The position numbers were made by a program, and so were the translations under genes. A stretch of 64,000 nucleotides of DNA from an uncultured Pseudomonadota bacterium (GTDB lineage Bacteria > Pseudomonadota > Alphaproteobacteria > Acetobacterales > Acetobacteraceae), in assembly GCA_963794625.1 (NCBI GenBank), contig CAWCEU010000009.1, forward strand, positions 228,523 to 292,522. Reading direction: 5' to 3'. Below, one piece after another: positions 10,395-20,144 of the stretch. Each line of letters opens with the position of its first letter. Within the stretch, counting starts at the first letter, position 1. The notes beneath the pieces were generated by a model. The model was not told where the DNA came from. It made no database searches and saw only the letters and a program-made list of their open reading frames with translations.

Positions 10395-11216
10395 ATGATC
10401 GCGCGGGTTCTGACCATCGCGGGCTCCGATTCCGGCGGCGGCGCCGGGATCGAGGCGGATTTGAAAACCATCACCGCCCTGGGCGCCTATGGCTGCACCG
10501 CCATCACCGCGCTGACGGCGCAGAACACGCTGGGGGTGGTGGGGGTGCATGCCGTGCCCGCCGATTTCGTGGCACTTTCCATGCGCACCGTGCTCTCCGA
10601 TATCGGGGTGGATGCGATCAAGCTCGGCATGCTGACGAATGAGGCGATCATCCGCGCCGTGGCCGCCAACCTACCCGCCAGCGTGCCAATGGTGCTGGAC
10701 CCGGTGATGGTTTCCACCTCCGGCGCGGTGCTGCTGCCGGATGGCGCCATCAGCGCGCTGATCTCGGAGCTAATAACCAAGGCCTCGGTTATTACGCCAA
10801 ACCTGCCCGAAGCCGCGAAAATCACCGGCCTGCCGGTGGAAACCGAGGCACAGCGCATCGCGGCCGGGCGCAGGCTGCTGGAAATGGGCGCCAAGGCGGC
10901 GCTGGTGAAAGGCGGGCATGGCGCCGGGGCGGAATTGACCGATCTGCTGGTGACGCAAGAGGGGGTGGTTGCCATCACCCTGCCCCGCATCGAAAGCCGC
11001 AACACCCATGGCACGGGTTGCACCATGTCCTCCGCCATCGCCACGGGGCTGGCGCAGGGCATGGGGCTGGAGGAGGCCGTGTGCCGGGCAAGGGCTTATT
11101 TGCAGGCGGCGATTGCCACCGCGCCCGGCATCGGGGCTGGGCATGGGCCGGTGAATCATCTGGCGCTGCCCGAACACGCCGCGCACAGCGTTCAACCCAG
11201 GCGCATCTTGATATAG
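10395..11216 (+). CDS. thiD: Hydroxymethylpyrimidine/phosphomethylpyrimidine kinase
   Basis: MIARVLTIAGSDSGGGAGIEADLKT and GTGCTMSSAIATGLAQG motifs; ATG 10395 preceded by GAGGAAAGG. Confidence 0.85.
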   Translation: MIARVLTIAGSDSGGGAGIEADLKTITALGAYGCTAITALTAQNTLGVVGVHAVPADFVALSMRTVLSDIGVDAIKLGMLTNEAIIRAVAANLPASVPMVLDPVMVSTSGAVLLPDGAISALISELITKASVITPNLPEAAKITGLPVETEAQRIAAGRRLLEMGAKAALVKGGHGAGAELTDLLVTQEGVVAITLPRIESRNTHGTGCTMSSAIATGLAQGMGLEEAVCRARAYLQAAIATAPGIGAGHGPVNHLALPEHAAHSVQPRRILI

Positions 11217-11268
11217 GCGGGCCGCCTGGCCTGGGCTATGCAGGGCTTGTCCCAGAATCGGAGGGTAT

Positions 11269-12189
11269 ATGTCCTGGCTGCATAATCCACTCACCGGCCC
11301 GGAGGGCGGGGTTGATATCGTCATCGCCCCGATCACCCATGACATTGGCGGCCTGCGCGTGCGCCGGGCCCTGCCCCATGCCAAGCGGCGCATGGTGGGG
11401 CCTTTCGTATTTTTGGACCATATCGGCCCCGCCACCTTCGAGCCCGGCCATGGGCTGGATGTAAGACCGCACCCGCATATCGGGCTGGCCACCGTGACCT
11501 ATCTGATGCAAGGCCGCATCTTCCACCGGGACACGCTGGGCAGCGCGCAGGAAATCCGCCCCGGCGAGGTGAACTGGATGACGGCGGGGCGCGGCATCGC
11601 CCATTCGGAGCGCACGCCCGCCGAAGCCAGGACAAGGGCGCAGAACATCCTGGGCATTCAGAGCTGGGTGGCGCTGCCCAAGGAATCCGAAGAGGCGGAG
11701 CCGGGTTTCTTCCATCACGCGGGGGAAAGCCTGCCGCAGCTTGAGGATGGCGGTATCGTGGCGCGGGTCATCGCGGGCCATGCCTATGGCGCGGCCTCGC
11801 CGGTGCAAGTGTTCTCCGGCACGCTTTATGTCGATGTCAGCCTCGCCGCGGGGGCGGCCCTGCCCTTGCCGGATGAGCACGAGGAACGCTCCTTGCACAT
11901 CGTCTCCGGCGAGGTGGAGATTGCCGGGGAGCGTTTTGGCGAGGGGCAGCTGCTTGTCTTCCGCCCTGGCGATGCGATTACCGTGCGCGCGCTCACCGAT
12001 AGCCGGCTGATGCTGCTGGGCGGCGACCCGCTGGAGGGGCCGCGCCATATCTGGTGGAATTTTGTCTCCAGCTCGCAAGAGCGGATTGAACAGGCGAAAG
12101 AGGATTGGGTGCGCCACCGCTTCGGGCTGGTGGCGGGTGACGAGCAGGAATTCATTCCGCTGCCGGGCGGCAAACCGGCGGGCGCGTGA
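11269..12189 (+). CDS. Pirin family protein (cupin)
   Basis: PFVFLDHIGPATFEPGHGLDVRPHPHIGLATVTYLMQGRIFHRDTLG pirin N-terminal cupin signature; 306 aa. Confidence 0.85.
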   Translation: MSWLHNPLTGPEGGVDIVIAPITHDIGGLRVRRALPHAKRRMVGPFVFLDHIGPATFEPGHGLDVRPHPHIGLATVTYLMQGRIFHRDTLGSAQEIRPGEVNWMTAGRGIAHSERTPAEARTRAQNILGIQSWVALPKESEEAEPGFFHHAGESLPQLEDGGIVARVIAGHAYGAASPVQVFSGTLYVDVSLAAGAALPLPDEHEERSLHIVSGEVEIAGERFGEGQLLVFRPGDAITVRALTDSRLMLLGGDPLEGPRHIWWNFVSSSQERIEQAKEDWVRHRFGLVAGDEQEFIPLPGGKPAGA

Positions 12190-12199
12190 GGAGAGAGGC

Positions 12200-12649
12200 A
12201 TGAGCGAGAGCCAAAGCGTGAGCATCACCGTTACCCGGCAGGAGGGCTACCGGTTCCTGGTGGAGTTCGGGCCGCAATATGCCACGATGATCGCCGATGA
12301 GCCGATGCCGCTGGGCACGGATTCCGGACCTTCGCCGCAGCATCTGCTGGCGGCGGCCATCGCCAACTGCCTGTGCGCCAGCCTGACCTTTGCCTGCGCC
12401 AAATATCACGAGGACCCGGGCGAGCTGAGCGCCACCGTAACCTGCGAGACCGGCCGGAACGAGAAGAACCGGCTGCGGGTGACAGGCATTGAAGTGAGCA
12501 TCACGCTTGGCCATGCGCCGGATCTGCTGCCGCATCTGGAACGCAGCCTGGCCAGCTTCGAGGATTTCTGTACCGTTACGGAAAGCGTGCGGCACGGGAT
12601 TCCGGTGAATGTGAGCGTGTCCGGGCCGGATGGGGCGAAGCTGCGCTGA
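12200..12649 (+). CDS. OsmC/Ohr family peroxiredoxin-like protein
   Basis: 149 aa from ATG 12200 (GAGGAGAGAGG upstream); conserved Cys pair region HLLAAAIANCLCASL. Confidence 0.7.
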   Translation: MSESQSVSITVTRQEGYRFLVEFGPQYATMIADEPMPLGTDSGPSPQHLLAAAIANCLCASLTFACAKYHEDPGELSATVTCETGRNEKNRLRVTGIEVSITLGHAPDLLPHLERSLASFEDFCTVTESVRHGIPVNVSVSGPDGAKLR

Positions 12650-12742
12650 AGGCGGCTTTGAATTCTCCGGCGGCCGGGCTAAAGAGGCTGGGCCTGACGG
12701 AGCGGGGGTTTACCCTGGGATGGAAGGTGAAAGCCTTGCGAT

Positions 12743-12817
12743 GTCTCCGTAGCTCAGCAGGATAGAGCACCAGATTCCTAATCTGGGGGCCGTGGGTTCG
12801 AAATCCCGCCGGGGACA
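12743..12817 (+). tRNA. tRNA-Arg (anticodon CCT)
   Basis: Hand-folded cloverleaf: acceptor GTCTCCG/CGGGGAC (7 bp, one G-U), D-arm GCTC...GAGC, anticodon stem CCAGA/TCTGG with loop TTCCTAA (anticodon CCT), T-arm GTGGG-TTCGAAA-TCCCGCC, discriminator A; CCA not encoded. Confidence 0.85.
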
Positions 12818-12828
12818 TACCTTTTCCT

Positions 12829-12860
12829 TAGATCCGGATGATTTTAGAGGGTGATTCAGA
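12829..12860. repeat. Partial copy of the GATCCGGATGATTTTAGAG palindromic element in the 3' flank of tRNA-Arg
   Basis: TTAGATCCGGATGATTTTAGAGGGTGATTCAGA matches the 34181-34232 element, with the central part deleted. Confidence 0.55.
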
Positions 12861-12905
12861 CTTTACCCGCGCTCGCGAAGCGAGCGAAGCTAAAGTCATC
12901 GCACT

Positions 12906-14897
12906 CTAATGCAGCTCCACATATTCGCTCACCGCCTCGTCACGGGCGTCAAGCAGTGAGATGCGCGCGAAGCCGGGACCGTCCGGCCGCCAATCCATCA
13001 ACTCGCCCAGCGGCGGCGCGGGCAGCATGGTGCCGTTGATCACCCAGCGATAAGGCGGCACGCCGCCCTCGGCCTCCAGCGAGACGGGGTTGGCGGCGCC
13101 GCCCGAAACCTGCAGCACCGCGCCGGGCGGCGGAAACAGGATGCGGGGGCCGTGCTGGCCCTGGCCGCCCGCCTTGGCCCGGCCGCCGAACACCTGCAGG
13201 TTGGGCGCCAGGGAGGCGATTTGCGGCTCCGGCGGCGGGGAAGGCGGCGCCTGCCGGTCCGGCGGCAGCAGGGTGAACAGGCGGAACAGCACCGGGGCGG
13301 CGGTCTGGCGGCCATAGGCGCCGGGAATGGGCGTGCCATCGGTACGGCCTGTCCAGACGATGATCGTATAATCGCCCGAGAAACCCGCCGCCCAGGCATC
13401 GCGGAAGCCGTAGGAGGTGCCGGTTTTGTAGGCGATGTTGTGGGTGTCGTCCGGTGCCACGCCGGCGGGAATTGGCGCGCCGCGCAGCATGGCGCCGATG
13501 CGCGCGGCGGAGGCGGGGCTCATCTCCCGCACGCCGGCACCTGCGGGGTCGGACGCCAGCAGGCGCAAGGGGGCGGCAATGCCGCCACCGGCAAGGCCCG
13601 TATAGAGCATGGCGAGATCGCGCAGGCTGACCCCCTCCCCGCCGAGAATCACCGGCAGGCCGGGCGAGGCGTTGTCGGGCAGCACGATCCTCGCCCCCAT
13701 GGCGCCCAGGGCGGCGATGAAATGCGCCGGGCCCTCGGCCTTCAAAAGCTGCACGGCCGGGAGGTTCAGCGATTGCTGCAAGGCCGCCGTGGCGGTGACC
13801 ATGCCGCTATAGCTGCCGTCGAAATCATGCGGCGCGTAGCCGCCCGTGCTGACGGGGGCGTCGCGCATCAAGGTGGCGGGGACAATCAGCGTGTCGTCCA
13901 TCGCCATGCCGTAGAGAAAGGGCTTCAGCGTGGAGCCGGGCGAGCGCAGGGCGCGGGTCATGTCGATCTGCGTGCCGGTGCCGCCCAGATAGGTCAGCAC
14001 GGCGCGGGAGCGGTTATCCACCACCAGGGCGGCGATGCTTTCCTTCTCCGGCAGAACGGATACGGCGCGCGCCGCCAGCGCCGCCGCCCGGGTTTGCAGC
14101 CCGGCATCCAGCGTGGTGCGCACCTCGCCGCGCAGCCCTTCGCCGCGCAGCCGCCAGGCCAGTTGCGGCGCCAAGGCGGGCATGGCGTGGCGGGCAAGGG
14201 CGGCCATGTCCGAGACCGGGAAATTCGGGTTCAGGCCGTTGCGCGCCAGCACGCGGCGGGTGACAGCCAGGGCGGCATCGGGGTGGCGGTCCGGCCGCAG
14301 GCGCTCCGGGCTGCGGGGCAGCGCCACCAGCAGGGCGGCCTGTGCATCGGTAAGCTGGCTGGGCGGTTTCTGGAAATAGATCAGCGAAGCGGCGCGCACC
14401 CCTTCTATATTCCCGCCATAAGGCGCCAAGGTGAGATACATGGCGAGGATCTGGCGCTTGGAATAATGCGCGGTGAGCTGAAGCGCGCGGGCCATGTCAT
14501 AGACTTTACCGGCGATGTTGTGCGGATGCGGATGCAGCAGCCGCGCCACCTGCATGGTGAGCGTGGAACCGCCGGAGACGACATGGCCGTAACGGATGAG
14601 CTGCAAGGTGGCGCGCAGCATCGCCAACGGGTCGATGCCCGGGTCGTTCCAGAAGCGCTTATCCTCGGTTTGCAGAAGCAGGCGCAGGTAATTGGGACTC
14701 ACGTCATCGGCGCTGGCGGGCAGGCGCCAATAACCATCCCTGGTTTGCAGCACATCCAGCGTGGTGCCGTCCGCCGCCTGCACCTCCAGCGAAACATCAT
14801 GCAGGCGCGAGAGATCCGGCGGAAAGGCACGGTCCGCCGCCCAGGACGAAGCCGCGATAAGCGCCCCCGCCAGGGCGATGAGGCGCAGGCGTTTCAG
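12906..14897 (-). CDS. pbpC: Penicillin-binding protein 1C (transglycosylase-transpeptidase), partner of alpha-2-macroglobulin
   Basis: GT51 transglycosylase motifs (EDKRFWNDPGIDP, GGSTLTMQ) and transpeptidase SxxK/KTG (KTGTSYGFRDAWAAG). The ORF-track start is a GTG at 14783, but the in-frame upstream sequence encodes a signal peptide LKRLRLIALAGALIAASSWA beginning at a CTG (14895-14897) that overlaps the A2M stop (CTGA), so the true start is probably near 14897. Confidence 0.8.
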   Translation of the reverse strand: MKRLRLIALAGALIAASSWAADRAFPPDLSRLHDVSLEVQAADGTTLDVLQTRDGYWRLPASADDVSPNYLRLLLQTEDKRFWNDPGIDPLAMLRATLQLIRYGHVVSGGSTLTMQVARLLHPHPHNIAGKVYDMARALQLTAHYSKRQILAMYLTLAPYGGNIEGVRAASLIYFQKPPSQLTDAQAALLVALPRSPERLRPDRHPDAALAVTRRVLARNGLNPNFPVSDMAALARHAMPALAPQLAWRLRGEGLRGEVRTTLDAGLQTRAAALAARAVSVLPEKESIAALVVDNRSRAVLTYLGGTGTQIDMTRALRSPGSTLKPFLYGMAMDDTLIVPATLMRDAPVSTGGYAPHDFDGSYSGMVTATAALQQSLNLPAVQLLKAEGPAHFIAALGAMGARIVLPDNASPGLPVILGGEGVSLRDLAMLYTGLAGGGIAAPLRLLASDPAGAGVREMSPASAARIGAMLRGAPIPAGVAPDDTHNIAYKTGTSYGFRDAWAAGFSGDYTIIVWTGRTDGTPIPGAYGRQTAAPVLFRLFTLLPPDRQAPPSPPPEPQIASLAPNLQVFGGRAKAGGQGQHGPRILFPPPGAVLQVSGGAANPVSLEAEGGVPPYRWVINGTMLPAPPLGELMDWRPDGPGFARISLLDARDEAVSEYVELH

Positions 14898-17800
14898 CGC
14901 GGATCAGCCTTTGTTGTGCCGGCAGCGGTGCGGGCCATGATCGCGGGGCGGTACATGTCGCTCACCACCGCTTCGGGCAGGATGAAATGCCCGGGCGTGA
15001 CGACGCGGACGATGAAGGCCACCGCGAACTGGTTGGGGTCCAGCGGCGGCGGGGTGTTGTTATTGTCGTTCACGCCATTATCGTCATCGCCGTTATTGTC
15101 ATTATCGTCCCAGCCATTGCCGAGATCGAAGGCGGCGACGAAGCGGTCATCCCGGGCTTCCATCACGCGCGTTTTGGAGAGCGAGCCCAGAAAACCGTAA
15201 TCCGTACTGTCGTCGCGGATGGGGGTTTCGATTTCCCATCCGGCGGGCAGCATATCCACCAGCACGCTGCGGTGGTCTTGATTATCGCTGGCCTGGCCGG
15301 TGAGGGAGACGATGAACCGGTCATTCTGGCGCAGATGCGACGGATCGAGGGTCTTGCCGTCCAGCGTGTAGTAAGACACTTGCAGGGTAAATCCATCGGA
15401 CACGGCCGGGGGCGGCGTGGCGGGCAGACCTGTGAGCGTGACGGTGCGCCAGATCGATTTCGTGCCGTCATTGTGGATGTCATAGCCCTTGGCGATGTCA
15501 TCCGGCGTGGCGGTGAAGTTGGCGGGCAGTGCCAGATTCCGCATCTGCTTGCCATTTACGGTGAGATCGATCGTTTTATTCTGTTTGTCCAGCGACGCGG
15601 CGGCGGCCAGCAGCCAAGCCTTCTCCTGGGTGTTGATCTCAAAAGGATCCAGCTTCAGCGCGTTCAGCTTGTCCAGCAGCGTGCCCGCCAGAGAGATATC
15701 GCCCTGTTGCCCGGCAATGGCGATCATGCCCGCGATGTCGCGCGCGGTGCTGTAATAGCCATCCTCGAACCACCAATCTGGATAATCCGGAACGCCGATA
15801 TTCATCATGGCGAGCTTCATGCTGTCCGCCGCACGGGCATCGTCGCCCATCAGGCTCAGCGCGGCGGAGAGCTGCGCCAGGGCGAAGGGCGATGCAAGCT
15901 CGGTTTCATCCGACGGGTTGGGCGCCCAATAGACGCGCTGGGTGCTGGAATCATCCGTGTCATTCGTGATCACCGAATTATCGTGCAGGCGGCGCAGGAT
16001 GGAGGCATCGCCCTGGCCGACCTGGGTGAGCAGATATTCGGCATAGACCTCGGCATTCACCGATGCGTTGACCCCGCCGGAATTGTTGCCGCCCTGCTGC
16101 GCGCTTTCGATATTCGAGACGATGCCGTGCATATGGCTATAGGCGCGGTTTACCGCGTCATCCGGCACGTCATAGCCCGCCGCCTTGGCGTGCAACAGGA
16201 AGTCCAGCGCATAGGCGTTCAGCCAGGGCGAGGCCTCGCCATCGCTTTCCTGCCATAGCCCGAATTCGCCGGTTTCATCCTGACGGTCGAGGATCGTGTC
16301 GATGGCCTGCTGCACGCGGGCATGCACGCCGGCATCGGAGGTATCCTGGAAACCGTTATCGTCGTCGTCAACGCCGGCGCGGCCGAGCAGCGTGGATTCG
16401 TTGTAGTAAATCAGCGGGAAAGCCGTGGAGGAGAGCTGCTCCGTGCAGCCGAACGGATAGAGCCAGAGCGATTGCAGCAGGCTCGGCACATCGATGCCCT
16501 GATAGCCGGCGAAGGAGACATTCACCGAGACCGAGCCGGGCACGAATTGCGCGGGGAGTTTCGGATCGATCTTGTAATCCGTGCCCGCCGCCTGCTCGGC
16601 GACAACCTGCTGCGCCAGCGGATAATGCGGCGAACGGATCGCCATCTGCCAATTGCGTTCGATGTGGTACCCGCCGGGGCCGGTGAGAACCGCATCGAGC
16701 GTGACGATGCCAACGGATGCCGCATCCAGCGTCACCGCATCCTGCACACGCTGCCCGGCGGCGAGCTGGTAATCCAGCTTGTGGCCCGTATTCAGGCTGG
16801 CGGGGCCGGAGACTTTCAAGGCGAGATGATAGGCGCCGGGCGCACCATCCGTGTTGTGCAAGGAGAGGGCAAGCTGCGCGCTATCGCCCGGCGCCATGAA
16901 GCGCGGCAGGGAAACATCGGCAATCACCGGATCGCGCACGATGGTATCCGCATCCGCGCTGCCCACCTGCGTATCGTCATAGGCCACGGCCATGAAGCGG
17001 AGCTGACCTTCGAAATCCGGCACGCTGACCGGAATTTGCGCAATGCCGTCCGGGCCCACCTGCACGCGGCCGGAGAAGAGCGAAACGACCTTGGTGCTTT
17101 CCACCGGCAGCCCCGCCCCGCCAATGCCGGCATCGCCGCCGGTATGGATGGCACCCGCATCCGCGCCGCCATCCAGCAGATGGCCGTAATCGTCGCGGAT
17201 ATCCAGGCCCAAGGCGAGCTTGCCGTAGAGATAAGCCAGCGGGTCCGGCGTGGTGAAGCCGGTGAGCTGGAGAATACCCTCATCCACGCCCGAAAGCGTG
17301 ACATAAGGATGCGCCCCGGCGGCGGCGCCGCTGATCTTCACCGGCACCAGGATGGTCTGGCGCGGGGTGATCTTGGCCGGGGCCTGCACGCTCACCGCCA
17401 GCCTGTGCATGCCGGGGTCGATGCCGATCCAGGCCAGGCCCATTGCGCGCACGGGCAGTGCCGGGCCACCGCCGGTGCCAGCATTGGAAAGTGGCCGGTA
17501 CATGGTGACGACGGCATAGGCGCCAGCGCCCCAGGCGCCATCAACGGTAATGGGCACGGTAAGGCCGGATTTCGGCACGTCCACAAGCTTGGTGGAAAAG
17601 ATCCTGTCATTGGCGATGACGATCTGCGCCTTGCCCGCGAATGGCCCGCTGATATGGAGCTTCACCACATCGCCCGGCGCGGCCTGCGCTTTGTCCAGGC
17701 TGATATCCGCCTTGTCCGGCGTGGAGCTGGAGCCGCCGGCCGTGTTCCAGCCGATATCGAACCGCACGCTGGAGGCCGCGCCGGAATTCGGATCGGTGAC

Positions 17801-19951
17801 GATCAGCCGGTAGGTGCCCCAGTCAAATTGCGGGAAGCCGGTAGGCACGAAATTCAGGTGCCCGCCAAGGGGCGCATCCAGCGTGCCGGAGGCGAGCTGG
17901 TGATCCTCTGTATGGAAATGCCAGGTCCAGCCGGGGCCGTTATCCTGGAACCAGTCGAAGACCGGATCTTCCTCCACCAATGTCCATTGCAGGCCGGTGA
18001 CCGCGCTGGATTTGCCCGCATCGTCGAAGGCCTGAATATTGAAACGCGGGCTGTCACCCTCCTGCACCTGGCCGCCGGAGAAAAGCGGCTTGATACCAAG
18101 CAGCAGGCTTTGCGCGCGGATGGGCACATCCACCTCGCTGCCGACATAGCGCCCGCTCGGCTCCAGCAGCCCGGCGCTGAGCACCGCCTTCAGCGGTGCC
18201 GTGGTGTGCGGCAGGTCCGGCAACGAGGCGGAAATATCGAGATGGCCTTTATCATCGGCATCGTCGAGGGTGAGCTGGTTGTCGATCGTCTCGACCTTGT
18301 CGTCCACCAATCCGAACTGGTAGCCGGTGGCGCCAGGCACGGGGTTGTCATCGCGCATCACCGCGAGATCGCCTTGCGCATGCAGCCCCGCGGCCGGGGC
18401 GCCGTAGAGAAAATTCCCGTCCAGCGCGGCGGTGATGGAAGCGGAAGGTGAGGCGAAACTCTGTGCGGTGCTGAGCGCCACATGCAATTGCTGCGGCACG
18501 AAATCCTGCACGCTCACCTGCACCTGCCCCACGGGTGCGCCGGTGGGGTCGACATAGGCTTCCAGCGTCCAGTCCCCGCGCGGGGCGGTGGCGGAGAGTT
18601 TGATGGGCTGCAGGAAACCGCCCGAGGCGGCGGGCGGCAGCACAAAGCTGCGGTCCACCATGCCATTGGGGCGGCGGAGCAGAATTTTCAGCGGCTGGCC
18701 ATTGACGGCGATGCCCGTGCGGTCACGCAGCAAGGCCACGAGATTGATGGTTTCGCCGGGGCGGTAGATGCCGCGCTCAGTATAGAGAAAAGCCTGGAAA
18801 TTCTGCGGCGGGGTGCGGCCGGAAACGCCGCGGTCTGAAAGGTCGAAGGCCGGGCCGGTGATATCCTGAAAGGCGAAATTTCCGTGATCGCCATAAGCCA
18901 CCACTGTGGCGGGGGCGTTGGCGCGTTCACCGGCCAGCAGGGCGGCGGGGAACAGCGCGGCGCCGGAAGCGTCCGTCACCTGCTCGCCCAACGTATCCTG
19001 CCCGGTGGAGATCAGCCGGATTTTCACCCCCGCGAGCGGTTTGGCGCTGGCCAGTGAACGGGCGAAGACATGCAGCCCGTCCGAGCCATCCATGGACGTG
19101 AGGGCAATATCCGTCGCCACCACCCAATGGGCGGCCAGGGCGTCCGGCGCATTGTCCGGCAGGGTATAATTCTTGTCGGTGTAAAGATTGTCCGGCATGG
19201 CATGGGCGGCATCTTCCGCCACCACGAGGTAAAGCCCGTTGCGGCCCGGCGGCACCAGGCTGGCGATGGGAAAGGCGGTGGAGACGGTGCGGTTGTGATC
19301 CTCCGCCACATCCATTGTGCCCGACCAGATCACGCTGGCCTGGTTCTGCGCCATGCTTTGCAGGGTCCATGGATTGGTGGTTTGCATGCCAAGCTGCACG
19401 TTGTTCGCGGCCGGGCCATTGCCGAGTGTCGCGGGCAGCAGCTTGTCGCTCATGCGCAGGAGATGAATTTTGATCGTCTTGATATTGACGGTCTCGATCG
19501 CCAGGCCGTTTGTGGTGTCGCGCGAGAGGATATAGCCATCGCCCGAAATGGCGACGAGGGAGGGGCGGTCCGTCAATTGCAGGGGGAGTTTCTGGGGCGC
19601 GGAAAGCTTATCCCCCGCCGCATCGGGCAGGCCGGCGCGCAGGGTGAGGGTGTATTGCGCCGTATAGCTCAGCCCGCCCAGGCAAAGCTCGGAGCCCGTG
19701 ACCGTGATGGACGGCTTAACATCCGGCGAGAAGGACAGATAATCGCCGTAATGGACGGTGGGGTCCGCCGAAAGCGGCTGGGAGAAGCGCAGGCAGGCGG
19801 TGGGCGCGGCGGCGTTCTGCTGCATGACGATATGCGACAGGCCAAAAGGCTGGTCCGGCGTTTCGGCGCGCGCGGCACAGAAAAGACCCAACACCGCCAG
19901 GGCGCATGCCGCGACGCGCGCGGATGCGCGAAGTTCAACCCGATGCCGCAT
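14894..19951 (-). CDS. Bacterial alpha-2-macroglobulin family protein (YfhM-like) with signal peptide and CTEQ thioester
   Basis: 1685 aa; signal peptide; thioester motif YPFGCTEQ (encoded around 16436-16450); multiple MG domains; classic pairing with pbpC immediately downstream on the same strand. Confidence 0.9.
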   Translation of the reverse strand: MRHRVELRASARVAACALAVLGLFCAARAETPDQPFGLSHIVMQQNAAAPTACLRFSQPLSADPTVHYGDYLSFSPDVKPSITVTGSELCLGGLSYTAQYTLTLRAGLPDAAGDKLSAPQKLPLQLTDRPSLVAISGDGYILSRDTTNGLAIETVNIKTIKIHLLRMSDKLLPATLGNGPAANNVQLGMQTTNPWTLQSMAQNQASVIWSGTMDVAEDHNRTVSTAFPIASLVPPGRNGLYLVVAEDAAHAMPDNLYTDKNYTLPDNAPDALAAHWVVATDIALTSMDGSDGLHVFARSLASAKPLAGVKIRLISTGQDTLGEQVTDASGAALFPAALLAGERANAPATVVAYGDHGNFAFQDITGPAFDLSDRGVSGRTPPQNFQAFLYTERGIYRPGETINLVALLRDRTGIAVNGQPLKILLRRPNGMVDRSFVLPPAASGGFLQPIKLSATAPRGDWTLEAYVDPTGAPVGQVQVSVQDFVPQQLHVALSTAQSFASPSASITAALDGNFLYGAPAAGLHAQGDLAVMRDDNPVPGATGYQFGLVDDKVETIDNQLTLDDADDKGHLDISASLPDLPHTTAPLKAVLSAGLLEPSGRYVGSEVDVPIRAQSLLLGIKPLFSGGQVQEGDSPRFNIQAFDDAGKSSAVTGLQWTLVEEDPVFDWFQDNGPGWTWHFHTEDHQLASGTLDAPLGGHLNFVPTGFPQFDWGTYRLIVTDPNSGAASSVRFDIGWNTAGGSSSTPDKADISLDKAQAAPGDVVKLHISGPFAGKAQIVIANDRIFSTKLVDVPKSGLTVPITVDGAWGAGAYAVVTMYRPLSNAGTGGGPALPVRAMGLAWIGIDPGMHRLAVSVQAPAKITPRQTILVPVKISGAAAGAHPYVTLSGVDEGILQLTGFTTPDPLAYLYGKLALGLDIRDDYGHLLDGGADAGAIHTGGDAGIGGAGLPVESTKVVSLFSGRVQVGPDGIAQIPVSVPDFEGQLRFMAVAYDDTQVGSADADTIVRDPVIADVSLPRFMAPGDSAQLALSLHNTDGAPGAYHLALKVSGPASLNTGHKLDYQLAAGQRVQDAVTLDAASVGIVTLDAVLTGPGGYHIERNWQMAIRSPHYPLAQQVVAEQAAGTDYKIDPKLPAQFVPGSVSVNVSFAGYQGIDVPSLLQSLWLYPFGCTEQLSSTAFPLIYYNESTLLGRAGVDDDDNGFQDTSDAGVHARVQQAIDTILDRQDETGEFGLWQESDGEASPWLNAYALDFLLHAKAAGYDVPDDAVNRAYSHMHGIVSNIESAQQGGNNSGGVNASVNAEVYAEYLLTQVGQGDASILRRLHDNSVITNDTDDSSTQRVYWAPNPSDETELASPFALAQLSAALSLMGDDARAADSMKLAMMNIGVPDYPDWWFEDGYYSTARDIAGMIAIAGQQGDISLAGTLLDKLNALKLDPFEINTQEKAWLLAAAASLDKQNKTIDLTVNGKQMRNLALPANFTATPDDIAKGYDIHNDGTKSIWRTVTLTGLPATPPPAVSDGFTLQVSYYTLDGKTLDPSHLRQNDRFIVSLTGQASDNQDHRSVLVDMLPAGWEIETPIRDDSTDYGFLGSLSKTRVMEARDDRFVAAFDLGNGWDDNDNNGDDDNGVNDNNNTPPPLDPNQFAVAFIVRVVTPGHFILPEAVVSDMYRPAIMARTAAGTTKADPR

Positions 19952-20144
19952 TATCGTCTCCCAGAGGCCGTTACGATCCGTTTACCATATTTCGGGACGC
20001 CGGACAGCCCCGCCCCCCCGGGGATGGGCATGCATTTTTAGTTAAATCCAGGCCATGTAAACCAGGCCGCCAGGGAGTGGACAGCCCGGCCCTTTTGCCC
20101 GAAAACTTGCCCAAAAGGCACCCGCAGGCAAAACGGAGATAATA

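Noticed and set aside
13152-15200. Very long ORFs antisense to real genes (13152-15200 +, 16322-18451 +, 5521-7530 +, 36950-38659 +, 61341-63950 -, 62170-63798 - and others), rich in Ala/Arg/Gly/Pro
   Set aside because: Typical stop-codon-poor antisense frames of a high-GC genome. They lack domain motifs, while the opposite strand carries clear homologues (PbpC, A2M, glycosyltransferase, ABC permeases, SMC).
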